Source of the DNA: an uncultured Methanomicrobiales archaeon
Lineage (GTDB): Archaea; Halobacteriota; Methanomicrobia; Methanomicrobiales; Methanospirillaceae
DNA: 64,000 nt
Direction of reading: 5' to 3'
Assembly: GCA_963758915.1 (NCBI GenBank)
Contig: CAVWXH010000005.1
Coordinates: 32,001 to 96,000, forward strand
Both the position numbers and the translations under genes were made by a program. The notes beneath the pieces are model-generated. The model ran no database searches. It saw only the letters and a list, made by a program, of their open reading frames with translations, and was not told the DNA's origin. Below, in pieces: positions 10,443 to 21,121 of the stretch (the stretch's first letter is position 1; every line of letters begins with the position of its first letter).

Positions 10443-11801
10443 TCACTCTTGCGGATCTGTTTGCCGAAATAAGATCAGCATGATCATACCGATTACCCCG
10501 GTTACCATTACCATAACAAGTATCGAATGGTCCGTGAACCCAAGAACTGCGATTACCCCGGCAATAGCAAGATTTCTCTGTGCTGTTCCGAATGCGAGGA
10601 CTTTTTTCATCCCGGGACTGCCTCCGAACAGCCAGCCGATACCGAAGGCCAGGAGAAGAAGGATTATCGCCGCGAACAACCCCTTCGTGCCGATTATCTG
10701 CTGCAATTCGTCGAAATAAACCCAGAAGACTGCCCCGAAACTGACAATAATGGCGGCATAGGATATTTTCGATAACCACGGACCGAATTTAACCGCGGCT
10801 TGTTCCTTCTTTGACCGTACCATGAGGCCAGCTGCAAGGGGGACAACCAGGAGCAGGAGCAGGACGAGGATGATGACCGGGAGATTCAAGTTCCCGGCGG
10901 GAACGAGTGCGTAGAGGATGAACGGGATATAGACGACACTCAGGACTGTCAGGAACAGGGCGATGACACCCGCTATGGAATAATTATCCCCGCCCACCTG
11001 AACGATCCGGGGAAGGAACGGTACACCCGCAGCGGCAGCCATGATGATAAGGCCAACAGCGATCCCGGGCGGAAGACTGAGAGTGGTTGCCAGGAGGTAT
11101 GCCACAAGCGGTAGCACGATAAAGTTGATGACCAGGACGAGGATTACAAGTTTTTTATCCGTCAGCGGACCGGGGAGAACTTTCCTTGGAATCGAGAAAC
11201 CCAGTGCGAGCATCCCGGTAATGGCAAAGATAATGATCCCGGTATACGATGCGAACAGGAGTATCTCGTTAATTTTCGATGCAAAGAACAGTACAAAGAA
11301 CGCTGCAATCAGGAACCCGGAAACGGTGAAGATGAGTGATGGCAACCGCTTCCATTTGAACACCCATGCGATGACGGGTGTCCCGTAGAGGCCGATACCC
11401 GGTATCCAGGCAATGAAACAGCAGGAAACAGCCCCATATTTCTTTATTAACGGGTGTTTATCAGAAATTTTTGATACCTTGTCGATCCAGTTCCTGACCT
11501 TTTCGGATGAGGCTGACAACCCGTCGCAGATCTCAAAAATTGCCATTACCATTCCAACAGCGAAACAGCCCATTATGACAAGGATTACAGCGGGGGATAA
11601 CCCCATGGCCATCCCGACAGGGGGTGCAGCAGCCTGGAGCAGTAATGTCGAGGTGACCATTGCCAGGATTTCTGCACTGCTCACCCCAATCACGGCACCA
11701 ATCAGCAGGGGGAGTACTACCGCAATCCCAATAAACAGCAGTAGCGCCTTTGATAACTTTTTTAACACAAGTCTTCCGGTACGGGGCCCTTTCTCATCCA
11801 T
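10443..11801 (-). CDS. Fusion: small-multidrug-export-like (COG2426-like) N-domain plus bile acid:Na+ symporter (BASS) domain
   Basis: N-half KKYG..C..IAWIPGIGLYG; C-half NFIVLPLVAY, AAAGVPF, GTAQRNLAIA. Confidence 0.65.
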   Translation of the reverse strand: MDEKGPRTGRLVLKKLSKALLLFIGIAVVLPLLIGAVIGVSSAEILAMVTSTLLLQAAAPPVGMAMGLSPAVILVIMGCFAVGMVMAIFEICDGLSASSEKVRNWIDKVSKISDKHPLIKKYGAVSCCFIAWIPGIGLYGTPVIAWVFKWKRLPSLIFTVSGFLIAAFFVLFFASKINEILLFASYTGIIIFAITGMLALGFSIPRKVLPGPLTDKKLVILVLVINFIVLPLVAYLLATTLSLPPGIAVGLIIMAAAAGVPFLPRIVQVGGDNYSIAGVIALFLTVLSVVYIPFILYALVPAGNLNLPVIILVLLLLLVVPLAAGLMVRSKKEQAAVKFGPWLSKISYAAIIVSFGAVFWVYFDELQQIIGTKGLFAAIILLLLAFGIGWLFGGSPGMKKVLAFGTAQRNLAIAGVIAVLGFTDHSILVMVMVTGVIGMIMLILFRQTDPQE

Positions 11802-12054
11802 GATATGTAGTCATTGTGATTCCAGATCTTAATAATAGATTCGAATATTCCTATAACTCCAGGAAGCGGGGACCGGGTCTTCCCACCAGGCCCACATGGG
11901 GCCGGTGTTATTCCTGCCGGATCCGAAATATGGGAAAAAAGTCCCTGGGGGTTTTGAAAAATGAACCCGATGATCGGGGAATAACCAGGTTAATGCTTTA
12001 CCTTCCAGCCCGGAATGATTTCAAATTCCCAGGAAAAGAATTTCCCCGGGTGTA

Positions 12055-12329
12055 TTAACCCAGGATCTTTTTCTTGGCAGCTGCGAACTCTTCGTCGGAT
12101 AAGACACCCGATGTATGAAGGTCTGCCAGTTGTTTCAGTTGGGCAATAGTAGCATCGCTCATACCACCAGCCGCCGGGGCAGGGGCTGCTGCCTGGGCCT
12201 GTGCTGCCCCATCCTGTCTTGCCTGTTCTACTGCTGCCTGCTGGTTGCTGCCTGTGCCTGCATCTGCTGCTGGGCCTTCTGCTCACCCATCTTCATCCCG
12301 GCTGCCATCATTAACATCCTTCCTCTCAT
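12055..12329 (-). CDS. SHOCT-domain Q/A-rich protein, one frameshift near 12247
   Basis: MRGRMLMMAAGMKMGEQKAQQQ.../...IAQLKQLADLHTSGVLSDEEFAAAKKKILG*. Span is 275 bp (one base short). Starts 1 bp after the DUF6325 stop. Confidence 0.8.
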
Positions 12330-12330
12330 T

Positions 12331-12795
12331 TCAAACCCCTCCTTGTCCAAACAATACTTTTTCTGCGTACGTCACAATTTCGGGTGGAATGCGTCCCATG
12401 TCGACAAGCTCTGCATCTGCCTCAAGTAATGCCTTTTTAAACCCGATAGCCCAGACGTTTTCAAACAACAGGAGCGCCGCAGCGCTGTTCTTTGGTAATG
12501 ACTCCGCGATTACTTCGATATCCGGCTCAGTGAACCATTCGCTCGTATTCTTGACCAGTTCACGAAATGCGTTGCCAACCTCTCCTTCGAGGTTCTTCGG
12601 CTCAACCGTTCCGAGTTTTCCATTTGCGTCCCTTATAAGAAAGACGAGATCAATCACGCGGACGATTCCTGCTTTTTCCAGTCGCAGGAGTTCAGGGGCA
12701 ATCTTTCCGGTAAATTTATTGCCCGGAAACCTGACCATCAGGTAGTCTACCGGACCGTTAACCCGCCCCGGTTTTTTGGTATCCATTTGTGTCAT
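12331..12795 (-). CDS. DUF6325 family protein (DUF1269-related)
   Basis: GPVDYLMVRFPGNKFTGKIAPEL...VRVIDLVF...SAAALLLFENVWA...GRIP; start moved to the ATG at 12795 after GAGG. Confidence 0.8.
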   Translation of the reverse strand: MTQMDTKKPGRVNGPVDYLMVRFPGNKFTGKIAPELLRLEKAGIVRVIDLVFLIRDANGKLGTVEPKNLEGEVGNAFRELVKNTSEWFTEPDIEVIAESLPKNSAAALLLFENVWAIGFKKALLEADAELVDMGRIPPEIVTYAEKVLFGQGGV

Positions 12796-13079
12796 AGTCA
12801 AACCTCTACTATCCTCAATGTTGAGTGTAGTTATTGGAGAGAGCACTTCTCGTATAAAATTTTCTATGATGGATCCGGATCAAAAGCAATATTCTGAATT
12901 ATTGCGGAAGTTACCACCTCTGCTTGGCGGTTCACATCTTGAAATCACGGGTTGTTCAATCCACCCTTGGTATGCGAAACGGGTTTTTTGACCAGTAATA
13001 AAAAATCCTGCATCATAACCTTGTGTGTCGTTAAGAAAGCCCGGGTATTAAAAGTTACACATTTTCCAATTAAAAAAGG

Positions 13080-13910
13080 TTAGGTCCTGACCATCCTGGT
13101 TCTAAGCCTGAACCCGTTAACCGAGAGCATAAGCCCCAGTAAAAGGGCGATGACACCGACAATTGCCATGAGCGTCAGCAATACGCTCACCGGGTCTATG
13201 AATATCAGGACCCCGATCAGCAGTGAGAGGACTGCGATGATTACCCTGCTGGTAAAACCTTCAGGAATTGCAGCACGACCTTTTCCCGCCCTGATCAGCA
13301 GGATAATGGCGCTCGCAAACATCCATAGTGCAAGTATCCCGAGGAGTACAACAATCCACAGGGCAAGGGGCAGGTAAAATGCGATAATTCCAACCACCAT
13401 GATCCCGATCCCGTGATACAGGAGACTGCCGGGAAGTACCCTGAAGGGACTGAATGCTATCCCCTGGCCTGCGGTAATGATGCCGAGGGAAATAATTGCC
13501 AGCGGGACCATGAGATTCATGAGGCCTTTGAACGACAGCATCGGGTTGACAACAATGAATATCCCGATGAGCATGAGAAGGGCCCCTACAAGGACCTGCT
13601 CTTTCCAGGAACGTTTCTGGTCTTCCAGGATTTCCTTTTCGTTACCCGTCTTTTTCCTGGTCCCGGCAATCAGGGTTATCACGGTATCCCCGATCATCAG
13701 GAGAAGCGGGGCATCGTCAATGAGATGGAGGTAGGGGTGGACCTTCGGGTCATGGTTGTCGAGGTGAACGTGCCATTCTGCCTGCTGTTCATGGACATGG
13801 AACTGCCCCTTCCGGTAACTTGCGATGGTCCCCGGGGTGGGGACATTTATCGGGGATTTGACCCAGCCGGCATCGAGCGGTTCGGTGACCGATTCTTTCA
13901 GCACGATCAC
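13080..13910 (-). CDS. HdeD/DUF308 membrane protein with His-rich soluble N-terminal domain
   Basis: N-terminal YRKGQFHVHE...HVHLDNHDPKVHPYLHLIDDAP followed by six TMs; start uncertain (frame stays open upstream). Confidence 0.7.
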   Translation of the reverse strand: MIVLKESVTEPLDAGWVKSPINVPTPGTIASYRKGQFHVHEQQAEWHVHLDNHDPKVHPYLHLIDDAPLLLMIGDTVITLIAGTRKKTGNEKEILEDQKRSWKEQVLVGALLMLIGIFIVVNPMLSFKGLMNLMVPLAIISLGIITAGQGIAFSPFRVLPGSLLYHGIGIMVVGIIAFYLPLALWIVVLLGILALWMFASAIILLIRAGKGRAAIPEGFTSRVIIAVLSLLIGVLIFIDPVSVLLTLMAIVGVIALLLGLMLSVNGFRLRTRMVRT

Positions 13911-14162
13911 CTCCCATACCCCGTCATTCAGCGGACCCAGGAATTCGTCTAATGTTGTCAGGATCTCTGTCTCCTGTTCGTAATAATGATAGAGATTTGC
14001 CCTCTATTAATAGCCTCATGTTATAATTCCTGTGAACCCGGGAACAACAATGTGCCTCCTGAAACAGGGATAGCGAACATATTTTTTCCTTCACTGCAGG
14101 TTCACAAAACTATAAATTCTCGCAGGAGTCATTAGGCGAACGTAATATCTGGAGGAATTAAC

Positions 14163-14693
14163 ATGGTAGAATTTGGACCGATATCACTGTTAGCGATTGG
14201 ATTCCCGGAAATCAAGAACCTGGATGGAGCATTGATCAAGGAATTATTCGCACTGAGTGATGCAAGGATAATTAGTATCATCGGACTTATGGCAATTGTA
14301 AAGGATGATAAAGGAAAAATTGCATCTGTCCAGCTTACCGAATATTCTGATGAAGACAGGATTCGCCTGGGAGCTGCAATCGGAGCACTCATCGGCTATG
14401 GTGCCGCCGGTGAAAAGGGTGCCATAGCGGGTGCAAATGCCGGTGCTGAGGCTGCGTATTACAAGGAATTTGGACTGAGCCACGAACAGATTAAGGACAT
14501 TGCAAAGGATATGCCGAAAGGTACTGCTGCCGGCTTCCTGCTCATCGAGCACCTGTGGGCCAAGAAATTCAAGGAGATCGCCATGGAAAAGCACGGGGTT
14601 GTTCTCGCCAACGGTTTCGTATCTCCGCTGGCATTCGTTGCGCTCGGTGCAGAACTTGCTGAAGGGAAAAAGACCGCAGCAAAATTAAAGTAA
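14163..14693 (+). CDS. DUF1269/DUF6325-like protein with glycine-zipper insert (copy 1)
   Basis: FGPISLLAIGF, LGAAIGALIGYGAAG, AAGFLLIEHLWA; GGAGG RBS. Confidence 0.8.
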   Translation: MVEFGPISLLAIGFPEIKNLDGALIKELFALSDARIISIIGLMAIVKDDKGKIASVQLTEYSDEDRIRLGAAIGALIGYGAAGEKGAIAGANAGAEAAYYKEFGLSHEQIKDIAKDMPKGTAAGFLLIEHLWAKKFKEIAMEKHGVVLANGFVSPLAFVALGAELAEGKKTAAKLK

Positions 14694-15029
14694 CTGGGGT
14701 GGTATCCACTCACACCCGGATTTTTTCCGGTTTTAACCTTTACAGCAGAACAATTTTTTAGAATTCCCAAAAGTTATTACCCAATGGTTGCCGTTCTGGA
14801 AAACGAAGTATTTTTGCGGAAACTGGCCTAATTGTGTGAAATTAATCAGTATGTTACCGTTTTTTATTGACAGATCCCTGTCCGTTTCGTTTCCTTTCAT
14901 CCTGCCAGGAGGAAGGAGATCCTTTTTCGTCAATGAAAACCTCTATCAGTTGAGAATCGGCGGGAAACCTGCGAAAGGTATATCCAACGTCATCTGAATA
15001 CTACACTAGATATAAGACCCCGGTGTGAC

Positions 15030-16748
15030 ATGGCCGACCCTGACCGACCCTCCCCCGTTCCCGAATCAAAGCTCACCCGGGCGATTCCGATCCTGAAATG
15101 GCTTCCCTTATATAACCGCAGGTGGCTGAAATTTGACCTGGTTGCCGGTCTTACCCTTGCCATGTTCGCCATCCCGGACAACATGGCATATGCAACGCTT
15201 GCAGGCCTGCCCCCTGAATATGGCCTCTATGCGGGGATCATGGCCCCGCTGGGATATTTTATATTTGCCTCCTCCCGCCAGGCATCCGTCGGGCCCAGTT
15301 CATCCGAAGCATTAATGGTCGGGTCTTTCCTCGGTGTCCTTGCAATCACCAGTTTCACGCAGTACGCAGCACTTGCCGGCCTGACGGCAATCCTCGTCGG
15401 GATCATCGCAATTATCGCCTGGGCGCTCCGGATGGGGTTTTTAGTAAACCTGATCTCCGGGCCGGTCCTGAAGGGATTCCTTGCCGGGGCAGGGATAGTA
15501 ATCATCGCTTCACAGATCCCGAAACTTCTTGGTATTTCCGGTGCCCCATCTGATTTCTTCCCGAAAATCGTATATGTCCTCCAGAACCTGGACCAGACAA
15601 ATATCTACTCACTCACTCTTGGTATTCTCGCAATCGTCGCCATACTGGCAATTGAAAAGAAGTACCCCCGGGTGCCCGGCTCACTCATCATTGTTATCGC
15701 GGCCATCATTTTCATGACGTATTCGAGTTTTGTGGAGAAAGGAGTTGAGATACTGGGGTATATCCCCCCCGGTCTTCCAACAATTGGCATCCCTGAGTTC
15801 ACCGCCGCAGATGTAGGGACCGTGTTTCCTCTTGCGGTAGCGTTATTTATCCTGTCGTACGTGGAGCTCAGCACCATCGCCAAGACCTATGCCCAGAAAA
15901 ACAGGTACCAGGTCGATATGAACCAGGAACTTCTGGCCCTTGGTGCAGGCAGTGTTGCTGCAGGTGCGGGACAGGGTTTTCCTGTTGCCGGAAGTTTCAG
16001 CAAGTCGGCAGTAAATGACCGCAGCGGGGCAAAAACCCCCATGGCCGGGGCAATTGCCGCAGGTGTCACGATAATCGTCGTCCTGTTCTTCACCAGTTTT
16101 TTTTACAACCTCCCGGAGTGTGTCATTGCCGCTCTTATCATCGTTGCCGTGGTAAACATGGTAAATATCTTTGAACTTCAACGGATCCGGTCACTCGACA
16201 GGACTGAATTTTCAATTGCGATTGTGACCCTGCTCAGTGTGCTGGTTTTTGGAATCCTGCAGGGTGTCATCATCGGAACAGGGCTTTCACTCGTTGCCCT
16301 CCTGTACAGAATTGCATTTCCCCATATGGCGGTAATGGGGAGAGTTCCCGGTACTGAAATATTCGGGGATATCGAGAGGAAACCGGCGAAGGACCAGGTC
16401 CCGGGAGTACTGATATTCAGGGTGGATTCCCCGGTGTTGTTTGCGAATGCAAACGTGATCAGGGAACAACTCGATGAACTCATGGGAACAACAGTCCCGG
16501 CGGTGAAACTGGTAATTCTCGATTTCTATTCCTCCCCGATGCTTGACGTCACGGGAGCAGATATGATACGGGACCTGCTTACTGACTTTTCCCGGAAAGG
16601 GATCGAACTCCGGCTTGCCAATACAACCGGCCAGGTCAGGGACCTGATCAGGAAAGCAGGCCTCGTAGAAAAACTTGGAGGATTAACTGCAACAGATACG
16701 ATTTCAACAGTCCTTGATGAATGGGAGGGCAAAAATCATAGGAAATAG
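15030..16748 (+). CDS. sulP: SulP/SLC26 anion transporter with STAS domain
   Basis: DLVAGLTLA, AYATLAGLPPEYGLY, NQELLALGA, C-terminal STAS (FANA, LDVTG). Confidence 0.92.
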   Translation: MADPDRPSPVPESKLTRAIPILKWLPLYNRRWLKFDLVAGLTLAMFAIPDNMAYATLAGLPPEYGLYAGIMAPLGYFIFASSRQASVGPSSSEALMVGSFLGVLAITSFTQYAALAGLTAILVGIIAIIAWALRMGFLVNLISGPVLKGFLAGAGIVIIASQIPKLLGISGAPSDFFPKIVYVLQNLDQTNIYSLTLGILAIVAILAIEKKYPRVPGSLIIVIAAIIFMTYSSFVEKGVEILGYIPPGLPTIGIPEFTAADVGTVFPLAVALFILSYVELSTIAKTYAQKNRYQVDMNQELLALGAGSVAAGAGQGFPVAGSFSKSAVNDRSGAKTPMAGAIAAGVTIIVVLFFTSFFYNLPECVIAALIIVAVVNMVNIFELQRIRSLDRTEFSIAIVTLLSVLVFGILQGVIIGTGLSLVALLYRIAFPHMAVMGRVPGTEIFGDIERKPAKDQVPGVLIFRVDSPVLFANANVIREQLDELMGTTVPAVKLVILDFYSSPMLDVTGADMIRDLLTDFSRKGIELRLANTTGQVRDLIRKAGLVEKLGGLTATDTISTVLDEWEGKNHRK

Positions 16749-16864
16749 AATTCTGGATTTAATTATATTTTTTTAAAGATTATTCATCCTGGCACGTGCT
16801 CAATTATTTATGCAGGAACGGGAAATAGCACATTCATAATTTATTGTCTTTACGGTGATCAACA

Positions 16865-17611
16865 ATGGAAAAAACATCCGGTAAGCCTAACGTCACAATT
16901 TCAAACAGCGGCTGTGAAATGAACGAACAGGACAAAGCGACCATGGTCATGATGACATTTTCAAACCTGCGTCGTGTCAGTTTCTGCGAAGTCATACTGT
17001 GGTGCGGTTTTGGCGGGACGTACGGTACAACCGGGCTGAATGACCCGAAAGATTCATGCCCGGAAGCCCTTTACAAGGGCCTCAGTAATGAGACGCTGGC
17101 TGCACAGTACCAGGTAAAGAGTGCCTCCCTCAACCCTCCCCGGGGCCGCAGGATCTGGTTATTGGACATATTGGAGATACCTGCGTCGACGACGGTGCGG
17201 GATTTCAACGGCCTCAAGGCACATTACTGGGGCCAGGTGGGGCCGGGACCCGACGGCGAACCATTGAAACTCGATCCCAGGAAACTCCAGTATAAGCCAC
17301 TGTATTTTGAACGTAATTCGGTCATCACCTTTGAAAAAGGGAAACCGGTCTTCCTGCTGGAGGACAATGAGGGCACAACATGGGTCTATAAGAACTACAC
17401 GACCGCCATGGACCCGACCATTACCTATGAGGACCTTCCGAACCTCGACAAAAGACTTAAGGACCTCCCTGCAGGGTTTAAATTCCGGACTAAAACCCTT
17501 GATAAGGATCTCGTCATAAAAGCAGTTGACGGGAAGGCACGGATCATGTGGGACGAACTGGGTGGTTCCTGGGACGCACTGGACCCCGGCGTGGCAAATT
17601 ATGTGCCCTAG
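16865..17611 (+). CDS. Hypothetical soluble protein, paralog of 19163..19837
   Basis: Shared motifs FCE, TTGLND..CP, F..G..VF.L, DLP.L..RL...GF/W.F..KTLDKDLVI. Confidence 0.75.
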   Translation: MEKTSGKPNVTISNSGCEMNEQDKATMVMMTFSNLRRVSFCEVILWCGFGGTYGTTGLNDPKDSCPEALYKGLSNETLAAQYQVKSASLNPPRGRRIWLLDILEIPASTTVRDFNGLKAHYWGQVGPGPDGEPLKLDPRKLQYKPLYFERNSVITFEKGKPVFLLEDNEGTTWVYKNYTTAMDPTITYEDLPNLDKRLKDLPAGFKFRTKTLDKDLVIKAVDGKARIMWDELGGSWDALDPGVANYVP

Positions 17612-17732
17612 AATGGGATCCCCTTCTATTTTTTTGGTAGTTATACCTTGAAGACCGGGTATTTGTTGTAAAAAAATGAAGAATATCTGATGAAGGTCTT
17701 ATAAGACCGGATGAAACTGGTTAAGTACTACG

Positions 17733-19132
17733 TTGGTGATGTTTGAAATGGAAAACAGTTCGAAACGACCGGGAGATACAATCAGCCTCGCTGATGCCCG
17801 TGAGATTGCCAGGGAGGCCTATATTTTCGGTTACCCGATGGTAGCCAACAACCGTGTCCAGTATACCTACTTTGTCAACCGGCAGAGCCCCGAATTTAAG
17901 GCGCCCTGGAACCATATCTGCAATATCCCCCGGGTTTATACGCCGGATGACCGGGCAACGGTGGCACCGAACTCGGACACGCCGTACTCCTTCCTCGGCA
18001 TGGACCTGCGGGCTGAACCGATCGTGCTTACCGTGCCCCACGTCGATGAGGGGCGTTATTTCAGTATCCAGCTCGTTGATTTATTCACGTTCAACTTCGA
18101 CTATATCAGCAGCCGGATGACGGGGAACGATGGGGGCCATTTCCTGGTTGCCGGTCCGGGATGGAAAGGGACAATCCCCGATGGGATCAGGAAGGTGTTT
18201 CACTCGGAGACCGAACTGGCGATGGCAATGTTCCGGACGCAGCTCTTTGGCCCTGACGATCTGAATAATGTAAAGAAAATCCAGGAGGGCTACAACGTAC
18301 AGACATTGTCAGAATTCCATGGGTAAGCCCGCACCCCGGGACGCTCCCAAAATCAATTTTATTGAACCATTAACCCCCGAACAACAAAAGACATCTGCCG
18401 AATTTTTCTCGGCCTTAAACTTTGTCCTTAACGTTCTGCCCGGTCCATCCTTCGGAGAAGGGGCTCATGGACCGGTTTGCACAAATCGGTGTAGGGGCTG
18501 GCAGGGATTTTAATGCAGGGGCCCTCTCTCCTGAAATGAGGGGGGCCATCGAACAGGGAATTGCCGGTGCCTGGGCCGAGTTCGCTGACCTCAAAAAGAA
18601 CCGTTTCGACACCCATGAAGTGGTCTTCGGGGATGTCTACGGTACACGGGAGTACCTGAAGAATAACTATCTCTACCGTATGGCAGGTGTCGTCATGGGC
18701 CTCTTCGGGGCATCGAAAGAGGAGGCGATGTACCCGTTATATGCCGTTGATTCAGACGGGGGTGCACTGGACGGGGCTAACCATTACTCACTGCGGTTTG
18801 AGCCGGGCGACCTTCCGCCCGTGAATGCCTTCTGGTCGCTGACGATGTACGGGTTGCCTGAGTTCCTCCTGGTAGCCAATCCCATCAACCGGTACCTGAT
18901 CAACTCCCCGATGCTGCCACAGCTCAGGCGGGATCCCGATGGCGGACTGACCCTGGTTATCAGTCACGATCCCCCGGGCAGGGACTGGGAGACAAACTGG
19001 CTTCCCGCACCAAAGGGGGCCTTTATCATGGCGTTGCGTCTCTACTGGCCGAAAGAAGAGGCGATAAACGCCACCTGGACCGCCCCGGAACTCGTGAAGG
19101 ATGATCCGGTGAAGGCTGCGAAGAATAAATAA
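17733..19132 (+). CDS. DUF1254/DUF1214 protein split by two frameshifts (~18318, ~18430)
   Basis: AREAYIFGYPMV, PNSDTPYS, DLRAEPIVLTVP; C-part PPVNAFWSLTMY, NWLPAPKG, LRLYWPK; three consecutive ORFs join up. Confidence 0.85.
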
Positions 19133-19162
19133 GTCAGGTCGCCCATTAAGAAAAAAGAGTGG

Positions 19163-19837
19163 ATGATTATGAGCAAAACTGAAAATACTCTCTATGTTGA
19201 AAAGGCCCGTGGCTATGCCCAGTGCGAGATATTCCTGATGAAAAACGAGGCCGGGAACCTGGAAGCCCTGGTCTATAACACCACCGGGTTAAACGACTGT
19301 CCCCCGGCCAAGTATGATCCGATGGATGCAAAGGTGCTGGCACAAAAGACCCAGTCTGATGTGGTATGGAAGAACCCACGGCGCTTCTGGATGATGGACC
19401 ACCTGACGTTTTCCATTATCGGCGATCCCCGTGATTTCGACGGTCTCTCGTTTAATTTAGCCGCTAAAATGCAGATGCCCCCGGGATTCGACACATCGAA
19501 AGACCAGTCCTCACAGGCATATTCGCCGATGAAGATCCACCGTGTCTCCACGTACGAGTTCCTGGCAGGACGGATGGTCTTTATGCTGCGGTCGCCGGAT
19601 AACCACACCTTTGTCATGCAGACCTACACGAACCACGTTGACCACAGCCTGACCGAGGACGAACTCCCGGACCTGGGGAAACGGCTGAAACTTGCTGCCG
19701 GCTGGCAGTTCAAGGCAAAGACGCTCGACAAGAACCTGGTCATCAATACGACCGGCCTGGCCAACATCGTCCCGGACGACCTTGCGAACATGTACCAGGG
19801 CTGCATTGACGGCGTCAACAACTATGACCCCTGGTAG
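19163..19837 (+). CDS. Hypothetical soluble protein, paralog of 16865..17611
   Basis: CEIFL, VYNTTGLNDCP, NPRRFWMMD, FVMQTY, LPDLGKRLKL..GWQF, DDLANMYQ. Confidence 0.8.
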   Translation: MIMSKTENTLYVEKARGYAQCEIFLMKNEAGNLEALVYNTTGLNDCPPAKYDPMDAKVLAQKTQSDVVWKNPRRFWMMDHLTFSIIGDPRDFDGLSFNLAAKMQMPPGFDTSKDQSSQAYSPMKIHRVSTYEFLAGRMVFMLRSPDNHTFVMQTYTNHVDHSLTEDELPDLGKRLKLAAGWQFKAKTLDKNLVINTTGLANIVPDDLANMYQGCIDGVNNYDPW

Positions 19838-19989
19838 AGGTTTTGATATAAACATTTAGTCTGTAACGGGATGAAAAAAATACGAAGAATTGAATAGTAA
19901 TACATCTCCCGTCTCTTTTTATTGTTACCGGATACCGGTTTGGATTTAGTTCCCCATCATCATCTGTTCGGGGAATGGACCCGGGTTTT

Positions 19990-20683
19990 CTATGCCTTCA
20001 TATCTCCAGCATCCTGGTCGCGTGGCGGGTTGTGCAGGTTTCGGACAAGTATATACCCGCTGACCCCGAGCACCCATACCGGAAAGATCAGGGTTATCCA
20101 GGGGGAAATATCGATACTCAGCAACAGCACCAGCGCCAGCACGTATGTCAGGTAAGCCCAGCGACGGCGCATCGTACCGGTCCGGAGCCATATACTCGCC
20201 AGTGATATCATGAACACTCCTGCCATGCGGATGGCGTAGATATTGAAGATCTGGTACAGAATCGCCCTGTTGTAGACCAGTAAACCGCTTTGAAAGATAA
20301 TGTTCGAATCGATCGCATAACTGCTGAGCACACCTGCGGACAAGGCTGACCCGATGAAGGTTAATGCAAGAAATAACAGGCCACTGCCAAGGAAAACGGT
20401 TGCGAAGAGCCTGTCCTCCAGGTCACTGAGCCGGTCGCGGATCACCCCGATGAACCATAAAAATGCAATCCCTGAGTAAGGGATCAGGTTAAAGGCCAGG
20501 GCAACTGTTCCTGCAGCTTCTGATATTCATCCTGGTAAAGCCAGATACGGACTCGCTGGTAAGAGAGAGATTGATGAGCACCATGCTGGTACCGTAGAGC
20601 AGGGCAAAGATGATGCCGGCCAGAGCCGCAGACCGGGGTGTCTTGAGCGACTCCCGGTTGAAGGAAATTTTTGTCTCTGTCAT
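19990..20683 (-). CDS. Conserved-looking multi-TM hypothetical protein, frameshifted near 20525
   Basis: LKTPRSAALAGIIF.../...NLIPYSGIAFLWFIGVIRDRL..EDRLFATVFLGSGLLF; the two ORFs join by a frame change. Confidence 0.7.
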
Positions 20684-21121
20684 ACTGTTACTCTCTCAAT
20701 GTAGTTACATGGGGCGATGAATGACTCCCCTGACCTGAAGAATTTGTTTCTTGGAAAGAGTTCTCCTTAAAGTATATAAAACAATAATGGCAGGTAAGTT
20801 ACGAGTAGGCCCTCTTTTTGCCCGGCTTGTAACGAAATTTTCCTTTTCCGTAAAGGTACATGCAGGGGTCATGCCAAATGTATCCTGTTTCTGATATTCA
20901 CGGTGAAAATAAAAACCCACTAAATGACACCGTGAAAGAACTGATCGGGCAACATTCCAAAGCAGGTAACAACCGCCACGCTACTGACATAACTGACTGC
21001 TGGCGATAACGCAGCGGATCGGGTAGTCTGCAGGAAGGTCAGGCAGATCGGTTAACGTCACCGGGTGTCCCGCGAAAACATCCTGGCCGCAAGCAACACA
21101 AATCCGGAGAAAACAATAATC

